DNA from: Nemertoderma westbladi
Lineage: Eukaryota; Animalia; Xenacoelomorpha
Reading direction: 5' to 3'
Assembly: GCA_032718475.1 (NCBI GenBank)
Contig: JAUCBJ010001929.1
Coordinates: 18,718-82,717, forward strand
Length of the DNA: 64,000 bases
Part shown: positions 37,922 to 49,210 of the stretch, piece by piece
Layout of the letters: every line of letters begins with the position of its first letter
Numbering within the stretch: the first letter of the stretch is position 1
Translations under genes and position numbers: made by a program
Notes under the pieces: model-generated
The model's database searches: none
What the model was told of the DNA's origin: nothing
Seen by the model: only the letters and a program-made list of their open reading frames with translations

Positions 37922-38032
37922 GTCTCAACAAGCAGAAAAATGTCCCATTTCATTAGAGTAATTCATTAGGGGTACCAACCAAATTCAACAACCCTTCCAC
38001 CATCCATTACTATGATCTTATCTGAGTCCAAT
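37922..38032 (-). pseudogene. Decayed fragment of the ABCC 3' end
   Basis: The reverse complement matches 31921-32030 (GGACTCAGATAAGATC..AGTAATGGATGGTGGAAGGGTTGTTGAATTTGG) with indels. Confidence 0.85.
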
Positions 38033-39184
38033 GTCATTTTTTCTTTAAATATCAGGGAAATGTCAGGGAATTCTAGTAAAAATGGGACAAATGAGAAAGG
38101 GGGGAAAAGTTAGGGAATTTGATATATACAGGAAATGCGTCATAACTAAGAGAAAATATGTGAAAAAATTTTGCTCTCTTCGCTCGCCATTTCATTTCCT
38201 CACATCACTAAATATAAAGTCTGAATTTTTCAAGAAGATAATTATAGATAGAAGTCATATATAAACTTCAGACAGGGAAATTTTTCAAAAAGTTAGGGAA
38301 AATTGAAACTGAAAATTATCTGTTTTGGAATCAAATGGAAGAAAATGGGAAAATGCACCCAAAAATAAATTTTTTAGAATTTTCACAAAGTAATTTTTAT
38401 CCACTTTCTTCAGGGTTTTCCATGACTCTAAATTGAGTAAAAGATCATAGTTTTTTTAGTTTCATTGTGTTTAATCAAATAAAATTGACATTATTATACG
38501 TTAAAATGTGCACAGCATGAATAAAAACAGATCAATATGGGTAATATAATGTATGGGTAAAGTAAGGTTACAGTAGACAGTGGGATACATGGGGAATTAC
38601 AATAATACTCAACTTATACTATACAATTATAAAACCAATGTTTATAGATACTGAAACATATAATTTATTTATGGGTAGTTCGCTACTCAGATTGCGTCAA
38701 AAACCACGTTTATATTTAGACATAAAACTCCCGCTGTGTTTACGGTAAAACATATCATGCTAATGAGATGGTAGATAATAATTGTGATGGTTAATGTGAC
38801 GGGATCCACTGAGGATCCCGGTTTATCCAGTGTCTTATCTACGCGTCCCGCCGTGTGTGTGAAAAGGAGTTCTGATGTTATTGAATAACTCTGACTATTG
38901 TTGTTCCGTATGTATAAATAGATATATATAAGATAGAGTATAGGCACAGTTGAATTGAGTTGACATTGTTATTCATTAGCAGGAACTATTGGCATTGATT
39001 CTATTGCTGTACTGACCAGTAGTCAGTACAGCAATGCCTGACTGCTGATAGGCCTATCAACTATGGTCTGTGCTGGGCTGAAGCCTCATTAATTTTCCAA
39101 ACTTCCACCAAGTTACATGCTGGCTGGTCTGCCCTTGAAACGAATACCAACATGATGAATAATTTGTAACCCAATCCAACTACA

Positions 39185-40438
39185 ATGACGAAATCCGGTC
39201 GACATAAACGGAGGCAGTCTTCATCATCGGGAACTTATTCAGGTAACAACAACATTGGCTTTACATTGCATGACGAACTGGATAAACAAAGTTCTAGACT
39301 AGATGGATTTGAGGAAAGCTTCGAAGGCCTTCAATCTAAATTGTCTGGAATTATAATCTCTGAAATTAACAAACATACCGGTAAAGAGCGGACTTATTCA
39401 CCTTCGAGTGGATCCGATAAAAACACCTTCGACCACTCCAATAACAGAGCAGGCCCAATTACAACTAGGCCTAAAAGGACCGATAATGATGCTGTTTTCG
39501 TTTGTGACGCTATTTCCTCTAATGACAGTGGGTCTGATGAATCTACTGGAACCGCTCAACCATTTCTTGGCTTCTCCGATTCCGACAAGGACGCCCTAAT
39601 TGTTGCAATACAAGAAAATGTCAACTTCGAATTAGAAGCTATGAAGGGAACACTTGAGGATATCCGACGAGAGTTTAACAGGTTACGTGATTCTTCTATC
39701 ACGCAATTGGATGACATTGAGCAGTACTCGCGTCGAAATTGTATCCTTATACACGGAGTTCCTCAGACAACAGAAGAATCTTCTGAAGATAAAACCTTTG
39801 AAGTTGTTAAATCGTTCCTGAAGGACAATCTTCTGCTTGACATTGGAGAACACGAGTTTGATCGGTGTCATCGTCTGGGGCGTCGTGACATTGTGGCTGG
39901 GTCTGGTAACGCTAGTAACGCTGAGAAGTATGGTACTAAAGCCAATATTAAACACGCGCCGATCATAGTAAAGTTTGTCCGCTATAGAGTACGAGCGAAA
40001 GTTTTCTCTCAAGCCCACCGCCTCCGGAATACTGGTTTCTATGTCACCGAATCATTGACATCATTCCGATCGGGGCTACTTCGAGATGTTCGCACTAAGG
40101 GGATTGGTTGGTCCCGTGATGGACGGATTTTCGCTATGGGAACCGCAAATCGACCTGTTCTTATCACTGCTAGAAGTGATGTGTCATTGGTTAAGGAATT
40201 CACGGAAGAAGATCGAAAAGTTCGTCGACAACTCCTGAATGCCAATAGCAAACAAAAGTCTACGAAACCTTCCGTTGGTCCTACTGTTGAGATGAAAGAT
40301 AAACCAAATCCTGCTCCAGGCCCAGCTGCACATCGAGCTACACCGAAAACCAATCCTATAACCAATCCTATAAAAATCCCTAATATTGGGAAAGCAAACT
40401 TATCTCCCAAAGTCATTGGAAAGAAATCCGTCAAATAA
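39185..40438 (+). CDS. LINE ORF1p (coiled coil + RRM-type)
   Basis: EQYSRRNCILIHGVP, CHRLG, PIIVKF and YVTESLT motifs; intact. Confidence 0.9.
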   Translation: MTKSGRHKRRQSSSSGTYSGNNNIGFTLHDELDKQSSRLDGFEESFEGLQSKLSGIIISEINKHTGKERTYSPSSGSDKNTFDHSNNRAGPITTRPKRTDNDAVFVCDAISSNDSGSDESTGTAQPFLGFSDSDKDALIVAIQENVNFELEAMKGTLEDIRREFNRLRDSSITQLDDIEQYSRRNCILIHGVPQTTEESSEDKTFEVVKSFLKDNLLLDIGEHEFDRCHRLGRRDIVAGSGNASNAEKYGTKANIKHAPIIVKFVRYRVRAKVFSQAHRLRNTGFYVTESLTSFRSGLLRDVRTKGIGWSRDGRIFAMGTANRPVLITARSDVSLVKEFTEEDRKVRRQLLNANSKQKSTKPSVGPTVEMKDKPNPAPGPAAHRATPKTNPITNPIKIPNIGKANLSPKVIGKKSVK

Positions 40439-41236
40439 GGTTACAATATTTCACAATAAAACAAACAAGGTTAATTTAATTTATTTGCCCACAACGCCAG
40501 TGTGAATAATACTAACAAATAAATAGATTTGTTATATTTGTTATATTTTATATGCCATATATGTACTCAATTATTTTAATCATATTATTCAGCATGTAAA
40601 TAAATAAATAAATTTGTACTATTTAGCATGTAAGCCCCTTTAATAGTAATTCAAGTATATTACCCACAAAGCTCAAATTAGTTTAAAACATGGCCCGGCA
40701 TGGACCGTAATAATCAGGCATATCTCGTTATACAGACTAACTTTACTTTACTTGAACCTTGATCTTTATTTGTATCTCGTATTATTTTTTTTTGTGTGTG
40801 CTTGTCTAGATAGGTTGTTTAGTGATTATTTTGTAGTATATTGTAACTTTAGGTTTTTAGCGGTATTGTATAGGTAATAAGGGAGCAACTGGGAGGGTAC
40901 CTAACATTTCTCGAGATTCGAACTGTGCTCTTAAGCTGTGTGTTAAACTCACAGAGCAGAACAGCATATTTATACTTAGATATACTTATGCTTTTGTTTT
41001 GCTTTTTGTTTTTGTTGTTTGGACTTTGACTCATTCAAACTGTTCTTTATAGGTATCTGTAGTTTACTTTCTTATTTAGTTAGTCTCAGTAGGAAGGCCT
41101 AATTATATTGCATGACTTCCTATATTCAGTAGTGTAGATAAAAATCACACCTAAATTTTTCTAGTTGTAGTTGTTCCTCCTCTATACATTTTTTAGAGGG
41201 GATTTGCTTTCATCTTTAAACTGGTACCAACTTCAA

Positions 41237-44200
41237 ATGCTCGAGAAATGCCAAAAATGTACTAAAAATATAAATTCTAACAATAAGAAAGTATTACACT
41301 GTTGGATATGTAACGCAAAATATCACGTTAAGTGTTTTTCCTTAATAAAAAAAGATATTGATTTTTTTCTTTCGAATTCACGATGGATCTGTACAAATTG
41401 TATTGTTAATATTTTTCCCTTTCAAAACATTGAAGACGATTCAGAATATTTATTATCAATTAATGACTATCGTCTACCATCCATTATAAATAGAGATCTA
41501 TTAAATTCTAGTATAGCGAACTTTTTCACCACAGATGAAAGAGATGGAAATGGAGTAGATGGACAGCTGGACCCAGACACTAATTTTTATCATAATATTA
41601 AATGCGACTACCATTCTGATTTTTCACTTCTTAATAATTCTTCTAAATTTTCCTTTATGCACACCAATATTCGTAGTCTCAACAAGAATTTAGATAATCT
41701 CGCATACATGCTACAATGCATATCTGAGCCCCCACGAATTATTGGCATAACTGAAACTTGGCAAAATAATCTCAATCATGATTCCTTTGCCTTAAAAAAC
41801 TACGACTTTGAATATGATTATAGAAAAAATCAAAATGGTGGTGGAACTGGTATATATATTCATAATTCGCTTAATTATATTAAGCGAAATGATCTCAATA
41901 TATTCAATTCAGGCCTGTTTGAATCTACATTTATAGAATGGCAACGAGGGTCTAATAAAAATATTATATTTGGTTGCATTTATCGCCCGCCTAACTCAGA
42001 TTTGGAGGAATTTCTCAAATTACTCAGTTCAACCTTAACAAAAATCAACAATGAAGGTAAAATTTGTTATCTTATGGGTGATTTCAACATAAATATACTG
42101 CATATAAACACATCACCAATAGCGCATACATTTTTTGAAACCATATCATCTCACTGTTTTTTGCCCGTAATAAATAAGCCTACGCGAATAACAGACACGA
42201 CCTCAACCGCAATAGACAACATTCTAACAAATGATTATTCAACTATTTGCGAATCAGGTATAATTATAGCAGATATATCTGACCACCTTCCTATTTTTGC
42301 AATCTGTGATATTGCGCATAATTCCGTACCACCACCACCAAATTTCTACACTAAAAGGGACACCTCCGATTCTAATATAAATAAATTTTTGAACGCTCTT
42401 GGCAATAAATCAAAACATAATGAATGGGAAACAATCCTGAATGAAACCGATGCAACTGAAGCGTACAACAAGTTTATATCAGAATACCAAAATTTATTTG
42501 TGCTAAACTTTCCATTTAAACAATTTAAATTAATAAACATTGAAAAACCATGGATAACAAATTCTATTTATGCTTGTATCAAAAGGAAACAAAAATTATT
42601 TTCCTCATTCATAAAAACTAAAACGGAAGAAACAAAGACATCTTACACGAAATATAAAAATTTACTAACAACTTTAATCCGAAACTCAAAAAAACGTCAT
42701 TTTTCACATCTCTTTGAAAAATTTAAATATAATATTAGTCAAACCTGGAATACTATAAAAGTACTTACTAATAGGAACAAGTCGTCTAGCTATCCATCTA
42801 CTTTCCTAGTCAGGTCAAAATTGGAGGAAGATGAATATTGTATTTCAAATGCATTTAATAACCACTATGTATCTGTCGGAGAAAAACTTGCAAGTAAAAT
42901 TCCAACTACAGATAGACCCGTGGCCACATTCCTGAAAAACCCAACCCTAAATTCAATGTTTTTGGATACCATTTCTGAAAATGATTTACTGAAATGTGCA
43001 ATGTCTTTGAATAATAAAAAGTCAATCGGGCTTGATGGCGTTGATCCAGTATTAGCACGGTCAGCACTTCCAAAAATTGCAACTCCCTTAACGCACATAA
43101 TTAATTTATCTTTACTCACAGGTGTTGTGCCAGACCAATTAAAATGCGCTAAAGTTGTACCAGTATTTAAAAGGGGTAATAAAAATATAATAACAAACTA
43201 TCGTCCAATTAGCGTACTACCATATTTCTCAAAAATCCTTGAAAAAATTGTAAGCATACAACTCCTCGAATTTATTAAAAGAGAAAAAATATTAACCTCA
43301 AAACAGTTTGGCTTCCAAACTAAAAAATCAACTGAAACTGCGCTTTCATCTCTGTTACATGACCTTTTGACTGAAAACGAGAATAATAATATCACTGTGG
43401 GTCTGTTCCTGGACCTCTCTAAGGCGTTTGATACTGTCAACCATAAAATATTAATTCAAAAACTCGAACACTACGGTATTCGTGGGACGCCTTTGGATTG
43501 GTTCAGGAGCTACCTAACAGATCGTCGGCAAAAAGTGCTATTTAAATCGACCCTATCAAATTCTAGTACAATAACTTGTGGCGTTCCACAAGGGTCTATT
43601 CTTGGACCGGTACTATTTCTGATTTATATTAATGATATTACAGAATGTTCATCCATTCTAAATTTTGTTCTTTTTGCCGATGACACGAATATTTTCCACT
43701 CAGGATCTGACTTAAATATACTCATAGATCAACTTAACAGCGAATTACTTAATATATATAAATGGCTTGCAACAAATAAACTATCCCTAAATTTAGATAA
43801 AACTAAGTTTATAATATTTTCTACTAAACAATACAGCTGGGCAAACAAACACATTTTGATTAACGGAAACTTAATCGAAAAAGTAAATGAAATGAAATTT
43901 CTTGGAATTATTATAAGTAGTGATTTAAAATGGAACAAGCATATTCAATACATACGACTAAAAATAGCTAAAAATGTGGGAATTCTTGGTAAACTTAAAC
44001 ATTTCATCCCGTACAAAATTCGCCTGACATTATACCACACACTGATCCGCCCATATCTCACATTCGCACTTACGGTATGGGGCAATGGTGCCAGTTCAAA
44101 TAGTACAGCTACAAATTCATTACTTATTTTACAAAAAAGGGCAATTCGCTACATACACTTAAAACATTCACAATACCATACAGAGGAACTCATGAAAACC

Positions 44201-44527
44201 CAGAACGAATTAACACTATCTAATATATATAAATATCAATGTTTACTTTTCATGTACAAATCTATTAATGGAAAACTAGATCTTCCAGAAAATTTAAAAT
44301 CTATTTTAATAGTAAATCGACAGTTTCACAATTACAACACTCGTACAATGTACAATATTCATCTTCCTCTATATCGCAAATCATTAACTCAAACTGCAGT
44401 AACTTACCAAGGCCCACTATACTGGAATGACCTTCTCCCTGAAATACGCAGATCTCCTACATTAAATCAATTCAAAAATAATCTCAAAAAAGAATTACTG
44501 ACTTCCCAACACAAGGTAAACAAATAA
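41237..44527 (+). CDS. LINE ORF2p: PHD finger + AP endonuclease + reverse transcriptase
   Basis: CQKC...CWIC...HVKC...WICTNC; NIRSL, ITETW, YRPP, GDFN, IDNI, SDHLP; DLSKAFD, VPQGS, FADD. No stops. Confidence 0.95.
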   Translation: MLEKCQKCTKNINSNNKKVLHCWICNAKYHVKCFSLIKKDIDFFLSNSRWICTNCIVNIFPFQNIEDDSEYLLSINDYRLPSIINRDLLNSSIANFFTTDERDGNGVDGQLDPDTNFYHNIKCDYHSDFSLLNNSSKFSFMHTNIRSLNKNLDNLAYMLQCISEPPRIIGITETWQNNLNHDSFALKNYDFEYDYRKNQNGGGTGIYIHNSLNYIKRNDLNIFNSGLFESTFIEWQRGSNKNIIFGCIYRPPNSDLEEFLKLLSSTLTKINNEGKICYLMGDFNINILHINTSPIAHTFFETISSHCFLPVINKPTRITDTTSTAIDNILTNDYSTICESGIIIADISDHLPIFAICDIAHNSVPPPPNFYTKRDTSDSNINKFLNALGNKSKHNEWETILNETDATEAYNKFISEYQNLFVLNFPFKQFKLINIEKPWITNSIYACIKRKQKLFSSFIKTKTEETKTSYTKYKNLLTTLIRNSKKRHFSHLFEKFKYNISQTWNTIKVLTNRNKSSSYPSTFLVRSKLEEDEYCISNAFNNHYVSVGEKLASKIPTTDRPVATFLKNPTLNSMFLDTISENDLLKCAMSLNNKKSIGLDGVDPVLARSALPKIATPLTHIINLSLLTGVVPDQLKCAKVVPVFKRGNKNIITNYRPISVLPYFSKILEKIVSIQLLEFIKREKILTSKQFGFQTKKSTETALSSLLHDLLTENENNNITVGLFLDLSKAFDTVNHKILIQKLEHYGIRGTPLDWFRSYLTDRRQKVLFKSTLSNSSTITCGVPQGSILGPVLFLIYINDITECSSILNFVLFADDTNIFHSGSDLNILIDQLNSELLNIYKWLATNKLSLNLDKTKFIIFSTKQYSWANKHILINGNLIEKVNEMKFLGIIISSDLKWNKHIQYIRLKIAKNVGILGKLKHFIPYKIRLTLYHTLIRPYLTFALTVWGNGASSNSTATNSLLILQKRAIRYIHLKHSQYHTEELMKTQNELTLSNIYKYQCLLFMYKSINGKLDLPENLKSILIVNRQFHNYNTRTMYNIHLPLYRKSLTQTAVTYQGPLYWNDLLPEIRRSPTLNQFKNNLKKELLTSQHKVNK

Positions 44528-46164
44528 AATACAGTATCTACTGTACATAAGCATAGATATTGTTCAATAAGGAATAAACAAAGACTGCCGAACAGTGTAA
44601 TACCAAAATACCAATGAGACATAACTTTATTATTTTATAAGCTTTTTAAGTGCCAAATAAGCTTGCTTCCGGCACCTTAACTAGCACGTTGGTACCAGGG
44701 GGGGGGGGGGGGGGGGGGGTGTAGTTTTTATATTAATTGCATGTTATAATTATTCACTAAACATTATACAACGAATATTAAAGGCTTGGGCGGGCCGCTA
44801 AACCGTGCCTTATTATTAAAAAAAAAAAAAAAAAAAAAAAAGAATTATTATAGAGTACCGGTAATACACTGAATGATGATGGTGGCAGTAGGCGGAGACA
44901 GTGATAAGAGTCCCGGTACTGCCCTAACAAACTGACTTACTAAAGTGAATGAATGATACAATAAATGGTAATATATATTGCACTGGTTGGCCGTATTACG
45001 TTACTCAGTGGATGCCTTCCCCCCATTGGCTAATAACTCACTTCTCACCCTCCCATCTCCCTGGGAGTGCCCCCCCCCCCCCCCCGCTGCTGTCACTCTC
45101 TCCCTCCCGGAGGTGTAACCTCTGACCCCCGCTGTGTGTGTTCCCTTCGGGGTTTGTCGCCCCATTTTATTGGGGTGATACGAGGTTGATTGGTAATCAA
45201 CCTCGTACTCCCAATATTGCTTAAAGCTCCTGCTTGGTCAACTTTGTGTGGGCTGGTTAGCGGAATTGAATACACTAACAGTTAAAACATATGGCTTAAT
45301 ATTATAAGAACACAAGAATATGGTAATAATCATTGATGGTCTCGGGATAATTGAGTTAATAAAATGTATTTGCAGCACAACACACAACCAGGCATCGAAC
45401 AGAAGATCAAAAGACATTAAAATAAGACAAGATACATTTATGTTTAGATATGAAACTTCCACAGTTACTGTTGCTGTAGCAGTTTTTAATGAAGTTCATC
45501 CTAACAGTTTCACTGATTGTTAGTGGTTCGGTCTTAGCACGGTTAAAGAGGGAACGTTTACAATAGGTATAGGTGAGTAGGCTGTGCAGACTGGGCATTG
45601 GGTAATTGCTTCTGCATTTCGCATATGCGGAAGTCAAGCCTTGAAGTTTTCCCCCCTTGATACTGCAAATCAAATGGAAGAAAACGGGAAAATGCATCCA
45701 AAAATAAAATTTTTAGAATTTCCACAAAATAATTGTTTATCTACTTTCTTCAGGGTTTTCCATGACTCTAAATTGAGTAAAAGATCATAAAACATTGGTA
45801 CTGTAGTTATACTTAATAATTAAAAAAATATTTTTAGGTTGTGAATGCAATTTGGGTAGCAATAAATGGCACAGCCGTCATGTCTTTCATGTGGTTAAAG
45901 TGTCCCGGATTGAATCAGGTTTCCAGAAATGCTTTCGATAAATGATCATACTCGCATTATTTTCATTGAAATTTAGATGTACAGTCGGGGTCTCAAAGTG
46001 CATCTGTTCTTTGTGATTTTCTCAAAGAACTAAAAGTGTCTCAAAGTTCTAAAAGTGTCCTCAAAGATTTCAAAGTAGTACTGTCAGTCATTTCATACAG
46101 TCCTGCCTGAAGCTGGCTATGGTATGGGGTATATTGACTTTCACAGAAGGGTAAAATATAAGTA

Positions 46165-47810
46165 TACATGATGGCTGTGTAGACCACTACATTATTGCAA
46201 CTTTCCTCATCCATAGAGAACTTGTCCGTATAGAACTCCAGTTTGGTACTTCCCCTCATGTCATAAGGGGAATAATCGGTAAATAGAACCTTTATTTCCA
46301 CGTGGGGGTCTATATCCTTCTGATGCAATAGGTAGTGATGTTTTCCATTACACTTAACACATTTGTAGGTGTCCCGTAAATAACACTTGCTTCTATTGTG
46401 TCTGGCGCACAAGCACAGGAAACATACACTTAAAGAGATTACAGTTTCTCTACGTTTTTCCAAAGACATTCCAATAAAGTCTGGACACTGCGGGAGCCTA
46501 TGGGACTCTTTACTACATAATAAATAGCCGGCGTTATAGGTCGCTGATTTAATTATCGGTTTTAGTTGTTTCAGGCCTTTACGCTGTTGGTCGCTGCGTT
46601 TCTGGCTATCCGAGATATTATATGAGTTTTCACTTCCTTCGGATTCCTCCTCATATGTTGATAGATCAGTTTGATAAATTTGTTCCCGACGCCAAGTTGG
46701 GGTTGTTTTGTCGGATTTCGGATCTAGGTAACGCTCGCGCCTCTGAGTAATCATCAGCAATGAGGATTCATAATCGAGGTATTCCAGGAATTCCTTCATG
46801 CCTAAAGCTGGTTTACAGCGAAGTTTAGCGTTTAGCACATTGCGGTCCCATCGTGTAGATATACTACCCTTAGGTAGGGCTGCAGAAATCATACCAACTA
46901 CAACGGGAGTATCATAATATTCGTATTTATCCAACCAATCTAGTTGTCTACAGATTTCCTTAATCTCGTCAACAAATTCAATCATTTCTGTAGTTATCAC
47001 ACGTTTATGATTGACCAACTTATGATACAGATATTGGGCTATTGAAGCTTCATCTCCGTACCTGACGTGTAATAGTTTCCATAGTTCTTCAAATCCCTGT
47101 GGGTGTCCTATATATCTTTGCGCTTATTTTTTTGGATAAGCCTCCAAACAATCTATTAAGAAGCGCAGTTTCTCACTATTAGGTAACGGTGAACTAAATA
47201 AACTGTCTTTTACATACTCTCTCTGAATGGAAGCCATTTTAACTCATTTCCATCAAATTTAATAATTTCACCTACTTTAACTGCTTGATGCGCTTCAGTA
47301 TGCGCTAATTGGCGGGTGAAACTATCCTGGGCTATAGTACTATTAAACAGTATTAAATGTAGAGTTATCACAGAGGCCTACATTAGTCTGGGGGGGGGGG
47401 GGGGGGTGTCTATAAGGATTGTTGATATTTTGTGTGTCATTTTGTATCCCTGTGCTATACTCAGGGTTTTTAACATTGGGTGAGATACGAGGGCATGGCA
47501 TATTTTCAGCTTCAACGCCGTTTGTTTATATTAGAGGCTCTTTTTAAGATTTGATACTCAGGGGAGTCCGGGTTCCTGAACACTGCAGCGTTGTTCGAGG
47601 CCAGGAGGTCCTGAGAATTAGCCAGCTTTTGGTGTAGTTCTTCCAGAACCTTGGCGGCTTGTACAGATTCGCCTCGCATCTCCTGCAAACGTTTACGTTG
47701 GATCTGCTCGCTGTTAGTGGCTTCGTCATGCAACTGCTTTAAGTGCTGCTGCAGTTGTTGCCGCTGCTGTTGCTGCTTTTCCAGTGCTAGCTGATTTTGT
47801 TCACTCACTA
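46165..47810 (-). pseudogene. Third Bel/Pao gag relic
   Basis: RWDRNV...EFLEYLDYE; knuckles CSKESHRLPQC, CFLCLCARHNRSKC and CVKCNGKHHYLLH; Q-rich coiled coil at 47512-47808. Frameshifted, with no LTR found. Confidence 0.8.
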
Positions 47811-48823
47811 TCTCATTTTGTTTATTTAATCGCTTTTATTCAAATCGATATTATTTAGTTGTTTCGTTATTTTTGTTATTTTTTTGGTATTTAGTTGTTA
47901 TTTAGTTGTAATCCTTTAATAATAATAATAATAATAATGGAAAAATGTAGAACATACTGCAGAAATGCAGAAACTAAGTAAGTTGTAACCACCCCCCCCC
48001 CCCCCCCCCCCCCTTTGCCCATTGCCAATACCAATTACTTTTTAGGCAATCTGTTGGATTGGAAGCAAGCTTATTTAATCCATCAGATGCTAATGAGTTT
48101 CAAAATTTGTTGGTTTGAATTAAATAATGTGCAAATTAAAACAAGAAATTATAATTTGATCTCAAATAGTTTTGATAAATAGTTTTGCCTAATTACCTCT
48201 ATATTACTTTATATGACTCATATCTTTATTTTATATTATATGAAAAATAAGTAAAGGTGTCCCCAAGAATTCATTTAGCTTATTTTTATTATAAACTTAA
48301 ACATTTTATATGCTTTGAATGCCTTCTTGCACTACAACTTAACTGCTTAAGGAGTCATAAGCATTTGGTAACTCTTAATTATTTGTTCATGAGTTGAGAT
48401 GTTTTTTATATATCATTAACTACGTACGCTCTATATAATTCTAGTTTGGTGTTGATAACTGAATTATTTACTTATTAGACTAGTTTTTATGTACGAACTT
48501 GAACCGTTGCATTCCTGGTAGCTAAATGAATGGAAGCAGTGTTGCTGCAGGCATAAATCCTGCCTTTAAAAATTACTTATTTTACCAATTTATTCAAATA
48601 ACTGTATTTTTATCAGTTACGGTATTATTTCAATAATTTAGTAAGATTATTTTCCAGTAAAAGAGTTCTTACGCCATCTAGTGCTATCATGCCTGTATTG
48701 AACTTATTGCCACATAGAACGTCCAACTAGCAAGTGATCTCTTATTGGCTTATAGCAAAAGATGATAGAAAAAATAATAAAGTATTGAGGGTCTTTAGCT
48801 GGTTATAATATATTAGATAAAGA

Positions 48824-48870
48824 TACAATAGTAAACGTTTTCGACCTACCGGTCTGCATCAGACTATGTA
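48824..48870 (-). ncRNA. Hammerhead ribozyme variant (Penelope-type)
   Basis: On -: TACATAGT-CTGATGCA-GACC-ggta-GGTC-GAAAACGTTT-ACTATTGTA. Stems I and II pair and stem III is the palindrome AACGTT. The core carries a non-canonical C. Confidence 0.65.
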
Positions 48871-49210
48871 CTGGCAACTAACAGGAAAAGGTGGGGGTCT
48901 ATATATATATATATAAGTTTTAAAGGGGAATACCTGATAGGTGAATCCCAGAAGGGTTAACGTGTATGTATGTACTGTATAACGTAAGGTAATTGTGATA
49001 GGGTAAGTACACCGAGTTAGTTATAAGCTGTCAATCTAAAGTACAAATATAGGGTTGCAGGTTGGGTTATAAGGTTGGGAGAAGTTGATAGGGAAATCCC
49101 AGGAGTGGTCATGTGTCTACATACTGAATGGTATAATTGGATTAGGTAGGTTACATAGGATTATGAGGTATCTACTTAAAGCGCATGGTTAGGTAGAATG
49201 CAACATAATG

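Larger units (their letters stand above)
38941..44841 (+). mobile_element. Full-length CR1/L2-group LINE
   Basis: 5' UTR, ORF1, ~800-bp spacer, ORF2, 3' UTR and poly(A) at 44818-44841. The 5' boundary is approximate (possible ATAGAGTA duplication). Confidence 0.9.
38795..45280 (-). mobile_element. Solo LTR (related to 18646-19307) split by a LINE
   Basis: TGT...ACA ends with a 5-bp TSD GTTAA (38790-94, 45281-85). The empty site is seen in the other duplication arm at ~36885-36900. LTR pieces are ~38795-38940 and ~44845-45280. Confidence 0.9.
36108..46164. repeat. Inverted duplication: arm 36108-37143 vs arm 38540-38794 + 45281-46164
   Basis: The arms are reverse complements once the 38795-45280 insertion is removed. 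Near-identical shadow ORFs occur at 36469-36693(-) and 45584-45790(+). Confidence 0.9.
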
